This document shows positions 41,108-54,381 of a DNA stretch of 64,000 nt, piece by piece. The DNA is from Chlorokybus atmophyticus (Eukaryota; Plantae; Mesostigma and Chlorokybus algae), in the NCBI GenBank assembly GCA_009103225.1, contig RHPI01002048.1, positions 757,036-821,035 of the forward strand. The letters run 5' to 3'. The notes under the pieces were generated by a model that did not search any database, was not told the DNA's origin, and was given only the letters and a program-made list of their open reading frames with translations. Positions within the stretch are counted from its first letter, which is position 1, and each line of letters starts with the position of its first letter. The position numbers were made by a program, and so were the translations under genes.

Positions 41108-44100
41108 TTATCCTTTGGTGGCTACAGTTGACAAACTGGGCAGGGTGGCAGACGCAGCATTCGCTATACTGCTGGTCAAGGTGGTGAGACCCCCGGTGGT
41201 GGTTGATATCGATGCGGCTCCGGCCGGTCCCATCCCGGCGGACAGGCCAGAAGGTTGATACCTGGGTACAGACCACGATCCAGTTGTTGTTGTGCTTTCG
41301 TACGCAGGCCTCGTGTCTGTTGCCGAGCTGAGGGAGGTGCCATGCGGGCGATACTGCACAGTAGGCATGGTGGAGGTTGGCGGGTGGGGCCTGTAGGTTG
41401 GGGTGAATGTGGCGGTGGCCGGCAAGGGTTGGTGGTAGGATGTTGATGTTGCGGGTGTCGCAGTCGATGGTTGTGGCGTACTCGTTGTGACCCCCGGTGG
41501 TCGAGTGCTCGACGCGGGGACCCGCGCAGAGCTTGACATCGTAGACCTCAGTCGGTTTAGCTGTGCTTCGTTAACCTGAGTGTTTAGCCACCTGCACAAC
41601 CAAATAGTGAGCTTCAAGTAGGGAGCAACCTCATATTGTGGGTAATCCTGAAACAGTATACATGTACTTCTGCTTATGCACTTACTGTATCATCTGCTCA
41701 TTGTTCTGTTGCAGCTTCTTAGCTTCCTCTAGCTTGGCATTGAGGTCATCCACCTGCATGCGCTTTCGTTAATTACTGCTAGGCACATTGAAGCAAACCA
41801 GAAAGCACATGTTGTTATATTATGCTCAGCAACAACCAAGACAGTGCATTGCATATAAGCACCTTCGCCCTGAGAGAGTCATTGTCAGCCAATCTTAAAT
41901 CCAGCTCCTGCTTCAGGCGGGATGCGTCAAGCGCAGCCTTGTCAATCACTGCTTGGCGCTCATTGAGCAGATGCTCTTGCTGAGCGATGACTGCCGTCTT
42001 GAGCTTCAGCTTGGACTTGTTCGCACGCAGATCCGCCTGCCAAAGGCATTGTCTCTCCAACTTAAACCAGATCAAGCGAAACCAACAACAGGCCAAAACA
42101 ACACACAACAAGACTAAGACCCACCTGAAGCCGTTCAATAATCTGGTTGCCTTTTGCGACCTCTGCAGCGGTGGCTGCTGCGCGCTCGCCCTCGCGTTGT
42201 GCTGCGGCCCGGCTTTCCGACAATGTCGCCTCAAGGGACTCGCGGTGTCTGCGCATGGCTTCAAGCTGGGCAGTCAGGTTTGAGATCAACTCGTCCTTGT
42301 CATGCACCTGAAAACACAAGTGTCAGACACCAGCACTGGGCCTTGTGACCAGCTGTACTCTGGCAAGTTCTGGCATCAGGCGACGGTGCAACATCATCAG
42401 GTGACGGTACTGCACTTGACCTGCTGCTCCAATGCTGATCGTCGTATAAGGTGCTCGTTGAGAGCGCGGCCAGTCTCATGGCGCTGCCCATCCAAACCAA
42501 GATTATCACTACGCAGCTTGGCGACTTCCTGCACATACAGAGGCACATGAGTTCACCATCAGTCTAGTTACAGGAATACGGGTATGTGAGGGAAGGCATG
42601 GGACTACAAGGCTTGCTGTCCCATGGCTTGTTACAGTTACCTCTCGGTTTGCAGCAAGATCGGTTTCAGCTGTACGAAGCTTGGCTGACAACTCAGATAT
42701 CTTGGCGTCTTGCACATACTTGGACTCTTGCAATGCCCGCACCTGTGCCACAGGCGAGTGTTGCCAATGCACGCATCGCTGACAACTTAGCACATGAAGA
42801 TGCGTGTTGCACGACACAGCATTGATTGCCTGGCCATAGTACCTGCGCATCAAGGCTTGCAGCTTTTGACTGCACAGCGCTTGCTTCCGCTCTCAACCGT
42901 TGCTCAAGTTCAGCCCGCGCGCGTTCCGCCGTCTCACGCAACTCAGCAGCATGTTGCAGTGCCTGATGCAGGGAGAACAAGTACATAAGTCATGGTAGCA
43001 CGCATCATCAGACCTATGTACTTGCATTATGGCATCATTAACCAGTATCACCCCAGCCTTACCTTTTCCCTTGCCTCTGCCAACTCCACCACATGCAGCG
43101 ACTTTAGCTCGCTTGCTGTCCGACTGCTAGCTTCCCGCAACTCGCCAAACTCCCTATGGATGTCCACAATAAGTGACCTGCCTTTCGTCGCCATGATGAC
43201 ATGTAGTGAAGCTGTTGGCACTCACCGTTCAATGCGCGCGCATTCTGCACGTGTTGACTCCAAAGACTGCTGCGTGCGTGCAAGGTTGGACCTGAGCTCC
43301 TGGCTTGTGGACTGCAAAGCACCGGTAGTGAGCACCCAGAGCGCACAGCAGATATTCTCAACAGTGAATTTATCTCACCTTCACTTCATTGAGCCGCCCC
43401 GCAAGGTATTGCTTGATGGCATGGTCTGTGCCTGGCTGAAAAAGCAGCGCAATATGGCAAAGGTGCTTGAACTGGTTCGTTTCAACTATGCTCAGGGTGG
43501 ATTCCCCTGGCCTGGTCGCAAGGACTGCAAGAAACCTGCACAGCATTGGTGTTACGACACTACGGTGCACAGCCCTAATGAATGGGTTGTATTAAATCAT
43601 GCAAATTGCAAGCAAAAGCAAAGCGGCTCAACGTGAGGACGCACCGCGGCGGTTTATGTGCTTGGGGCACGTTGATACAAAGCTGAAGAAGTTCAACAAA
43701 CTTTGATGGAAAAGTGGTGAAGTCAACAAGAATGCTCTGCTCTGCCTTCAATGTCTGAAAATCCTCCTCCCCAACTTCAAGCGTGTGCAGAAAAAACGCG
43801 TCTGCTTCGTTGGTTATGCGCACTCTCAAGGCCTGAAAGGGAGGGGGTGTATGTAGGTTTGCATCAGAGTCCAGAGAGTGCATCACGCTGCAACTGCTTT
43901 AGCGACCACAGCACACACCAAGCGCGCGCACAGTTTGCCTGCGTGCTAGTTAGCAAGCAGGCAATGTGTGCGCCGCGCACACATTGCCTGCACAGTGCGC
44001 GCACTTGGTGTGTGCTGTAGTCATTGTTAATCCGGATAATACAACGATAGTGTTAACAAGCGAGTGATACAGACTGCATACAGAGTGAGTGCAGGAAGGC

Positions 44101-44297
44101 AGATTTGAGGACTCCAGCTAGGCAACAGAGGCTGATGTACAGTTGTGTATACTCACCTTCAAATTGGGACTGGCGGACGATTGCCCAACCGCAATCCTGA
44201 CGGTCAGTTCTTCAAGGCGGTCCTCACAGCCAACCCGCGTGACCTGCACCTGAACGTTACCCTCAAACACCACGCTGTCCACCTTTCCCTTGTCCAT
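41108..44297 (-). CDS. SAS6: Centriole cartwheel protein SAS-6
   Basis: Head domain RITNEADAFFLHTLEVGEEDFQTLKAEQSILVDFTTFPSKF, LSIVETNQFKHLCHIALLF, then long coiled coil and S/T/P tail. Confidence 0.93.
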
Positions 44298-44586
44298 GCC
44301 CAGCGCCGCCACCGCCGCCGCCTCAAACCCTACTCAAACACCCATGCATCCTAACTCTCCGACCAGCAGTCCGCAGAGGTCAGCAACAACCACGCCACAA
44401 TGTCACTGTCTCCACCCACGTCAGTGTCTCCTTTCCACATACACACACACACCCTCCTCCGCACCCAGGGCTCCCGCCACGTGGCAAACGCTGACCACCT
44501 GTGTCCCCGCCGCTGCCGCGGATGCCAGACACAAGTATTTCCGCCATCAATCCCAAAATTCAAATCAAACTGCAAACTTGCCCTGA

Positions 44587-44594
44587 TTTCGCGC
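44587..44594 (+). promoter_or_regulatory. E2F-like site in SAS6/BBIP1 shared promoter
   Basis: TTTCGCGC matches TTTSSCGC. Confidence 0.45.
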
Positions 44595-44730
44595 GGCAAT
44601 CGCGACTCGGATCCAAGCAGTCTGGTTTGAGCGTGTGCCACGCTGATTCGAATCGGTTTGTTGTGTGCGGCAGCAGCGGCAGGGAGGTCAGTGTGGGCGG
44701 GGGCGGAGGGCGCAAAGTGGTTGTCGCCTC

Positions 44731-45183
44731 ATGGCGTCACAGAAGGGCAAGGTGGGTGGTGTGATGCTGTTGGTATGCTACATTGTGAATTAGTGTATAA
44801 CTGATGCTTGGGTCTCAGTTGCACGAGGTGTTGCCTAAGGCTGGCTTGGTCTACTCTGAGAAGGGCAACTTCAGCGAGGTAAGGGTGGCACTTAGGCAGC
44901 CCAGTGGCACTTGCGCGTTGCTACCGTTACACTTAGACACGATGAGTTCAACATATGCTTCGTGGAAATGTGCAAGGCGCTCGCTCTCGCTGAGCTTGCT
45001 TCATTGTATTGCGTGCTCAACGCTTACAACAGCAGTTGCTCCCGTGCATGGCAGGTCCTGTGCAAGCCCCGGCTCATGCCACTCAAGTCAGTGACGCTGG
45101 AGCGGTTGGAGGAGATGGAGAAGGCGGCAACGGCGTACGCAGCACAACAACAAGAGCTCAACAGCTTCTCTTCACGACAGTGA
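44731..45183 (+). CDS. BBIP1: BBSome-interacting protein 1 (BBIP10/BBS18), 3 exons
   Basis: MASQKGK/LHEVLPKAGLVYSEKGNFSE/VLCKPRLMPLKSVTLERLEEMEKAA matches the EVLPK..VLCKPKL-PLKS-TLE family motif; canonical GT-AG introns. Confidence 0.88.
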
Positions 45184-45649
45184 CGCAGTGTTGGTCCAAT
45201 CCTGAAATTAGCATTGGCACAACTACTCTAACGTGCACAGGCAGAGACAGTGAATCGACTGAGTGTAAAGCAAGCAACACATTCAAAGACCGCCGCGACC
45301 ATTCACAACAACCACAACCACAGCTACAACCACAACCACAACACTAGGTAGGCGAGTGCGCAGCAGGGAGCTGGGGCGCAGAGGCTGAGGGGTTGGGTAC
45401 GAGCAGCAAAAAGGTTAGCATTAGATAAGAACGGCAGGAGCAGCAGTGCGAGCAAGATAGTAGCAGCGCATACAGCATTGACACATCCAGCATTGGGAGT
45501 GGTAGAACTGAACAGGCGCTGCACTGGCCTTGAAAGTTGGCACACGGTGACGGAAGTGAATTATTAGTTTGTGCAATTCGCACGTTTTGCAGTTGACCCG
45601 GTCTGCAATACAGCTGCACTGGATATTGCAGCATTTACCACGTTGTTTG

Positions 45650-46330
45650 ATGTATGATCGAAGATTTGCACGCCAGCTATATGCAACAATGAAAAGCATA
45701 CATGCTCAGTCGCCTCATAGTGCTGTACGGTTATAATCATGAGCCATTGCACCCAAGCAAAGCGCAACTTTTCTCTATTTGCACTAAAGCTGCAACTTCA
45801 TGTTTTCATCAACATTATAATTGTTTTCGTTGTATAATTGCGTTTTATTCATTTGCATTGAGCTTGCAACTTCGCCCTTATCATCGTTCACCACAAAGTA
45901 TATATGTAAACAACTTGCATCACCAATTTTGCGTTAAGCATGCCCGCATGCATATGAGTTTCATATATCGCATATAGCAATACACTTACATGCGGTGCAT
46001 AAGCGATGCATTGTGCACCCCATAAGTCGGTCAACACATGGTGTTGCATCGTGCATTGAGCAAAAGCGTCATGATACTTTTTTGTCCGTATACGGAGACC
46101 ATAATTGATATGCACAACAACTACCACTGAAAAAACTGGATGAAAAATACAACCTTGGAAAATATGGTTAACAATGTTAATGGAGAATGATATATGGGTA
46201 ATGATTTCGTGACGACGATGATAGAAATATTTGCTTGCAGAATTTCGCAATGCAGATACAATTCCTCGCTACACTTGAGATTCTGAAGATTGTGTGGTAG
46301 TTTTAGGACAACACCACAAAAGTCTTGAGT
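45650..46330. other. Second AT-rich decayed island
   Basis: Abrupt AT enrichment between BBIP1 and ORC1, with stop-interrupted protein-like frames. Confidence 0.4.
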
Positions 46331-46447
46331 TTGGCTCTGCATTATGTGAAACCAGCGACGTACCAGGGTGCCTTATTCAGGCCTCCTGAAACCTTACATG
46401 AGTTGCAGTCCTACAACGAAGGCAGACTGCCACCTGTGCCTAAATCT

Positions 46448-46456
46448 GGCGGGAAA
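46448..46456 (-). promoter_or_regulatory. Canonical E2F site upstream of ORC1
   Basis: GGCGGGAAA (= TTTCCCGCC) about 65 bp before the ORC1 ATG; ORC1 is an established E2F target in plants. Confidence 0.7.
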
Positions 46457-46520
46457 GTTGCATGCACACTCGGGGGCAGGCGGCGGGGACGCTGGCGTCG
46501 CCTACCAGGGTGTCGCTGAC

Positions 46521-49500
46521 ATGGCCAGGAAGCGAAAAACGCCGTTGACCAGTGTCAAAGCAAACGCGTCTCCAGTGAAGCCACGTGGAAGCAAGCCGGA
46601 AAGGAACGCTCAGCCCCAGCAGCAGGAGGTAGCTACAACGAGCGCACCCCTGAACGAGTCTGCCATTGTGAAGAGGCGGAGAGGCAGGCCCAGGAAGCAG
46701 CCGCTTGCAGATCAGGCGACAGACCATGCGAAGGCTAATGCTGCCCCGCCGCCTTTGCAATCTGACATGGGGGCGCCTGCGCCGCCGGTGAAACGCGGCA
46801 GAGGAAGGCCCAAGAAGCAGCCGGCAGTGGCGGCTGCCCCTACGCTAGATTGTCGAGGATTAACACGGAAACACAGTGAGAAAGCTGTTGGTAAAGTACA
46901 GTCAGCGGAAAAGTTGCCGGCTAAGAAGCGGAAGGGCAAGTCTGTTCAAGGCAGCAAGCATACCACACCTTCAGCCCGCAAGGAGCTCGCAGAGGTAACT
47001 TGCCGGCGCAACAGCTGTAACTAATGCATGCTGCGTGAGCTGGTTGTCTTGTTTACCACGTGTGCTGTAGTGTGCGGTTCACAGCAAATTCTTCTGGCTA
47101 ACGTGCTCGCCTCATTGCTCAGGTCGCGTGGGACAATGCAGTGTACAAGCCGGGGGACGTGTGCTATGTGACAGTCCGTGAGGACTTGTACGTCGATAAG
47201 CTGCAGGTGAACAAGTGTGAACAGTTGTCGACTACTACTGTATGTCGACTACTACTGTAACAAGCAAGGCGTATGCAAGCACTGACGCCTAGTGGCAGGA
47301 AAATGAAACATGTGAGGTTTGTAGGAAGCCGCCTGGTGAGGGTCCGCAACGGATTGTCGAGTGCAATGATTGCCCGCGTGGTATCCACCTTGCCTGCCTG
47401 CGGCCGCCCCTAACAGGTTTGTTCTGGCCTTGGCGTAAAAATTCTGTACATCTATGCTTGAGACAATTCTGATGGTCGGAATGCAGAGCCCCCCGAGGGT
47501 GACTTCTTTTGCGGGGTCTCAAACTGCGCAACCACATTCAAGTCGAGCAACGGCACACCTTCCGCCAAGTTCTGGGCTTCAGATGGTGTTGAGCTTGGTC
47601 GGATAGAGCGGTACGCAATGCATGCAGTGCATGGGGTAGTATGTTTGCTGATTGGCGGTAGCGCTACAATCCTGTTGTGGTGGTGCAATGCAAAGCACAT
47701 GAATATGTTGCCAGTACAAACTCGCTAGGGCTGCGTGCTACACTTGCTTTACTGTAGCATGCAAGGTGCAAGCTTTGCGCTAATTGATGCAAAAGTATGT
47801 TGCAGCATATTTAAACGTGGCAAAGATGTTGAGCTTGAGGTGCGCTGGTATTACCGTGGAAAAGATACGGGCATTGAGCGCAAGCTTCTGTCTTGGCGCG
47901 AGGCGTTCCTTTCGGATGACATCAGCACTATTCCTGTAGGTGACTCCATTTCGAGATTGCCTGCATGCAGCACAATATGCTTGACGTGGACACATGTGCA
48001 TGACTGCACCAGATGCTGAGCGCTTGCTTTGTTGCCATGCTACTACACAAGGGTGGCTGGTTTCTCTGATACTTGCTGCTACTTGAATACGGCTGTGCAG
48101 AGGGAGAGCATATTGTGCCAAGCATGGGTGTACGACAACCAGCAATATGAGCGCTACATGTCCGGTGAGAAGGATGATAACAATGAGGAAGCAGATGAGG
48201 ATCATGAGCCTCGCTGCGATGATGTCTTTATCTGCGACTACATCTACTTGTCAGCATCTAAACGCTTCCAGGTCCGACTGCTTGCCAGCAAAATTGCGCA
48301 TCTTGATCAGCTTGCCTTATCATTTGGATATAGCTCGCCCGCAATGCAGCCTTTATGCATTCCCGTTCACATGGCGTCATTGCTCACCTTTGTACGTATG
48401 CACCGTGGGCTATGTGCAGCGTTGCCGCACAGGTCCGTTTGATTCTTGGACCTGGAGTGATGACGAGCGTGATGACGCTGAGGTGAGTTGGTTGCACGCT
48501 AGCATGTACATATTGTTAAAGCTCACTTGATTGTGTGTAGTGTGAAGGCCCGATGTACAAAGCTGTTCCGAGAAATTACAGCTTACTGTGCTGCACCCAT
48601 TCTACAATCGAACAACTAGCAATTGCTTATGCATTGTACCTCGATGTGGGTGCAGGACCCAGTGACTGGACATCCAGATTTTGACTTTTCTTTGAGAGCA
48701 CAGCAAAAGTTGGAGAGCGCCCAGAAGAGAGCGCGCCGTTCCAGCCAGTTCTTGGATACCTGCCGCAGGAGTGATGCCGCTGAAGCAGTGGACAGATGCA
48801 GTGAGCAGCAGACTCCGGACACAGCAGCAGGCACCACTACCGTGCAAGGTGCACGCTCCTTGCTTGACAATGCTTGCGCTGCCTTGAGGCTCGCTGCCAT
48901 GCCCAAGGAGCTTCCTGGCAGGGAAAGGTCAGTGGGGTGTGCCTGGTGGTTTTGTGAAGTACTTGGGCAACGCTAACAAAGTCTTTAATGCAGCGAGTTG
49001 AAGGACATCATTGGCTTTGTGGAAGCCGCGCTGCGTACACAGGAACCTGCAGGTGGCGCCCAGTGCATGTACATCTCCGGCGTGCCTGGCACTGGTAAGA
49101 CAGCCACTGTCAAAGCCGCGCTGCGCCACTTGCATGAGCAGGTAGCCAGCTGCAAAGCTATTCCATGCCAACGTGGTTGCAGGCATGTTGCTTGCATGAG
49201 TGAGTAACTGGCTGCCTGTGTTAGGCCAGCTGTGGCGACCTCCCCTCCTTTCAGTTGGCTGAAGTCAATGGTTTCAGCTTGCAAACACCATACCACTTGT
49301 TCAGGCAAGTAAGCATAGTTTCAGCACGGCAACCACCAGTAATGTCCAAAGCAGACTGCATATGACACCTCACGACAGTATGCCATCTTGCCATGTAGGG
49401 TTGGAATGTGACATGTGATGATGACAATTGGTTTGCTTGCAGTGCTTTGCATGAAACACTTACGGCGGAGGTGTTGCCACCAGCCCAAGCCCAGAAAAGC

Positions 49501-51115
49501 TTAGAGGCACGATTTGCCATAAGCGGGGGCAAAAAGCAGTCAAGCAGTCAAACAGCATGTGTTGTCGTCGTCGATGAGCTAGACTCACTGGTGACCAAGA
49601 AGCAGCAAGTGCTGTACTCCCTGTTTGATTGGCCAAACCGCCCGGACTCCAGGCTCATTGTGATTGGTAAGCGTTTTGTGTTCTGCCGGGCATTGCAAAC
49701 ACGGGGAGTTTTACAGCGCTGGTGCACAGCCGTTATGTGTTCTGCCAGGCATTGCAAACACGATGGACTTGCCCGAGCGCCTCCAGGCGCGTGTGGCGAG
49801 CCGCTTAGGCCTACGCAGGTACCATTGACACCACTATGTTATGTATTATTGCATGTGCGAAGACATTGATAAGGAGGGACGACCTTATGTGCATTTGCTT
49901 GGTCAATTCATGCGAGCATCATTATGACATCATTGCCAAGTGGCTCGTGGTAGGCTGACGTTCTTACCATACAACCGGGAGCAAATACAAGTCATTTTGG
50001 AGGCACGACTCCCTGCAGGAGCTTTTGAGAGTCATGCGCTTGAGCTCGCGGCACGTAAGGTACATGCATTTTGGGATTGGTAGTGCTTGGTAGTTCTTTA
50101 AAGTGCACATACCTGTTGTGGTGCTTGGGTATCAGACGAAGCATGTTGTCTGTTGGTCTGTGATGACAGACGCATTGTTCTTACACAGGTAGCAGCTGTA
50201 TCTGGAGACATACGACGAGCGCTTGACTTATGTAGACGGGCAGCTGAGTTTGCTCGCAGTCGAGCGCAAGCCATGGCAACACAGCAAGCGCATGTTGTGC
50301 AGCCCGTGACTTCCGCAATCACAATGAATGACATAGACGCTGCACACAAGGAAATTTCTTCGGCTGTACACATGCAAGTAAGTAAGCATGCATTCCGCCT
50401 GCATGCATGGATCACAGTTCAATGCTTATTCGGTTGTCGCCTGTCTTGCAGGACATCATAAACTTGCCGCTGCATGCAAGGTTGTTATTGGTGGTCATCG
50501 CTCTTGAGCAACGCAAAAGCGGCGTGACACAGACAACATTTGAAGTTGTAAGTTTCCACGCCATCTGCTTGTGCTGTAGAATCCATAGCAAATGTGATGG
50601 GCGTTGTGCACTCATGCGAAGTGAATGGATGGGATGCTAGTGGCTGTGACATGAAGTCTTGATGTAACCTTGGAGAACTACTGCCAAGCTTCTGTGCAAG
50701 CGTTTTATGTTCCACATGGTAATGTTGTTGCTTGTCAGGTAGCTGAGAACCACCTGCAGCTATGTGATCAACATCAATTGTTCCCTCCAACCATCACGCA
50801 GCTACTAGACATCACGTAAGAGGCGCACACAGGGTGCATAGCATGTTCTGTGCGAATTGGTCTGGTCCTGTGCTACTGGCTCATGTGCTGTACTACAGGA
50901 CGTATCTGGGCGCATTGCAGCTGATTGTGTGCGAAGACCCTTCTCAACAGCGGTTTAGAAAGATTCAGCTAACCTACCCAATGTAAGATTGTGGCTTACT
51001 CCCAGCAAAGCATCGTGCCCGTTGTGCTCATGTTGATGTCTTGTGCAGTGAGGACATCAGCTTTGCTCTTCGTCATGATGAAGACCTCAAGTGGGTTGAG
51101 GGTATTCTGAGGTAG
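46521..51115 (+). CDS. ORC1: Origin recognition complex subunit 1 (AT-hooks, PHD, BAH, AAA+, winged helix)
   Basis: PHD (ECNDCPRGIHLACLRPPL), BAH (VELEVRWYYRGKDT), MYISGVPGTGKTATV, CVVVVDELDSLVTKKQQVLYSLFDWP, VSGDIRRALDLCRRA, EDISFALRHDEDLKW. Confidence 0.95.
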
Positions 51116-52322
51116 CAACACTCCACAGTCCACATTATGAGACGCTTGGTTAGACTTAGTATGGCGACAAACCGCTCAGTCTGGGATAAGGTACTGTACT
51201 AAGTGCTGAGTGTTGGATTGGAAATAGTGGTATGATTTCATTGTATCAACGCAGTTAAGTACAACGAAACGCAGTACGGTGCGCTAGCACATGGTTCTTG
51301 ATCAAGCACAATGTATGCAGTCGCAATCAAGCATCTGTGGCCAACTCCTGTACATCCTGTCAGTGAGGCTAAGCATTGCATTTTTGCTTCGCGCAGGTTG
51401 TAGTGAGACAAATGACCACCACGATCATGCGACTGAAAATGTATGTATTTCCTCTTTTGGCGGAATCACAACAGAAGCTTCTTGTCTTCAACAACAGCAC
51501 AGCCCGGTGGTTATCTCACAAAAATTGTGTGCAAATATACCCACTGCACAAGTGCAGCGCGATTGTGGCGTCTGATTGCTGTTGTTGTCACGGTAATAGT
51601 AGCACATGCGACATGCCAGCTTCGGCGCATGCCATCTTACCTTGCTAAGTAGTCTTGAGCTTCTGGTGATGTCAAGCCGGAGTTCAAGCACAGAAACAGG
51701 CTGCAACTCACAACCAACCCCGTGTAGTAGGGGTTCCCCCACTTACAACCCACTTGCAAACAACCCCCGCCATGAGAGCTATCCAACGCCGCATGCGCAG
51801 TGCAACTATGAGTGCTGGTGCTTGATTGCTTGCTGCTTCTTCTTTCCAAATGGAACGTCAAAGTCATTGGATGGACCCGGCGTGAAGCTTCGACCTTGAC
51901 TACTGGAGCAGCAAGGTATAGACATGCAGCATGCAGAGCAACTGCTGAGACGAGCCCAAACGCAGCATGAACTGTATGCATCTCACACAAGCGTGTGCAA
52001 ACACCGCAACAAGCGCGCCACGAATTGACGGCAATCAGAGCTGAGAAGCAAGCTGTAGCAGCAGCACGTCCGTCTGTGTGTGCTATGCTGTACCAGTGGT
52101 GGCACAGTGCAGCACCACTTGCACGAACGCCAACCCCAGGGATCAGCAGCTTTACAGCCGCGCACGCCTTGCCTCGGGCTGCCGTCCCATCCAAGAAGCA
52201 GCTCTTCCAGCCACCTTACCTCACCCCGCTGCAGCGTCAACGTTTCTGATGAACGCAAGCCGCCTGAGTGCACATGCGGCCGCCTTAAGCTCGACATAGA
52301 GCATGTGCTTGTGTGTGGCGGT

Positions 52323-54381
52323 ATGGCTGTGGTCGGCGGCGCAAGGAGCAAGCGGGGACGTAGGGCTGAGGAAGACGATGGGGACGGCGAGGGACGGGAG
52401 CTGGGCAGGGTGCAGGGAGCTGCGCAGGCGGCGGAGCTGGCAGCCCAGAAGCTGGCGGCTTACGGTGAGTGGTGCTGCTTGCTCGCTTGGTTGATAGGCT
52501 GGCACACTTGTGTTTATGGTTGTGGGAATTGCTGAGTACTGTCGCCTTGTATGTCGATTGGTTAGTGCTTCGTCAATGTGGTCATTTAAACAGTCTCAGC
52601 TGTAGCTATTACGAGCGCCGACAAGTGCTGTTGCAGGCGAGCAGTTCATGCGGGCGTTTGACGACTATGACAGTGAGGAAGAGCGCCAGGTACTTCAGTA
52701 AGAGTTTCGCTGCTGGAGGCATACGCACAACACAGTCGTTGTCGCGCTCAGCAGCCATGTGATAATGTGGAACTTCCAGTCAATGCACCAGTTACAATCG
52801 TCGCTCTTGTCATGCTGCAGAAGCGCATAAGAAGCGAATTGGCCGCAAGCGTCAGCGCTGCGGATGACGCCACCTCCAATGAGATGGAAGCAGAGGAAGA
52901 GCCAGGTTGGGCATAGATCATGACATTGTTGACCTGCTCTATTTACGCATGCAGAGGGATCCGCTGTCAAAGGCTGCTCTTAGACAGGTTGCTGCTGACC
53001 AAAGTGTGTACAGAGCTTCCGGATATTCCCACTCGAACAGTAGCCGCTGAGACACCTGCGCCCAAACGAGCCTCCAAACGCGACTGGAAGATGTTCATGG
53101 TGCGCATATTCTAGCTTCTTACCAAATGTGCTCTAGTGGTGTGCGATAACCATCAGATATTTTATTCATATTCTACCCCCTGCATGTGCTCATTCTGAAA
53201 AAGGCAGGGTTGCTGCATGTTAACTTGTTGTTTTATGTTGTTGCACTTATTGTTGCATCTAACCGTCCCTGCATACTATCCAGTCCCCGAGAGCCGCCGA
53301 TGTGCACAAGGAGTCCACGACTCACTTACCAATCCTGAACGCCGAAGATGACAGCGGCTTAACACCAGAGGAGTTTCAGAAACTTGCGAAGGAGGTTGAA
53401 CGCCTGGGTGAGTGACAAAGCATACGCATGTTTGAGATAGTCCGCAGCCAAAGCAGTGGACTGAACAACACTGACACACGTCGATTTGCAGGTGGTCGGA
53501 AGCTCGAGGGCAAAGAGAGAAAAGCCTGGGCTATGAAGAGTTTGGTAGAGCTTGGTGCCAAGGTGACGCCGCTATGTAATTGCTATGAACAGTTGCATAA
53601 CGAAAGGTTTTGGGCAAGGCAAGCCTGATTCCTCGTTGTGTCAATGTTGTTCAGCCCGCAAAGAGCCCTCGCACGCCCATAAGTCGAGGATTGGGCATCA
53701 AACGAAAACAGGAAGATCGAGAGCGCATCAAACTCGATCAGGTATAGCGTCATGTCGTTGAAACATGTAGTGTAGTTACCCCCCGCCCCCCCGNNNNNNN
53801 NNNNNNNNNNNNNNNNNNNNNNNNNNNNNNNNNNNNNNNNNNNNNNNNNNNNNNNNNNNNNNNNNNNNNNNNNNNNNNNNNNNNNNNNNNNNNNNNNNNN
53901 NNNNNNNNNNNNNGCTAGCAAGCCCCCCCCGCGCGCGCGCGTGCGCGCTCCCACCCATCCACCCACTCACCAACACCATGCAAGCAGCTCTAAATGCTTC
54001 ATGTAGCTGTAAAACCCGTGTCCATAGCTTGGTAGGAACTCAGTATCACAACCGCTTGCGCAGGATATTGCATCAGGGATGGTGCGAGTCAAGGGATCCG
54101 GCAAGGCCAAACGCGCTAAGGAAAACCGAGAGAAGCGACAGAAGTTGTCAAAGGCTGAAAGGGCTGTTGCTGGCGCAGACCGCTTCATTGACGGCGTCAT
54201 GGTTGTGCCGAAAAAGGTTGCGCGTGAGCTGCAAAAGGACACAGGAAACAACAAGAAGAAGGGCAAATCCGTGGCGTCTCGGCTGACATCCAGGTTGTTT
54301 TCTGAGCGTACGTCCAAGAAAAAGAGCTCACAGGGTAAAAAGAAAGGGAAGCGCAATAAGCACAAACAAAAGAAGCGCTAG
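52323..54381 (+). CDS. DUF4602/C1orf131-like lysine-rich nucleolar protein
   Basis: Spliced exons ...EFQKLAKEVERL/GGRKLEGKERKAWAMKSLVELGAK/PAKSPRTPISRGLGIKRKQEDRE; basic C-terminal exon. Confidence 0.7.
53794..53913. other. Assembly gap (120 N) within an intron
   Basis: N run flanked by C-runs and CG repeats. Confidence 0.99.

Noticed and set aside
53583-53979. ORFs spanning the N run
   Set aside because: Artefacts of the assembly gap.
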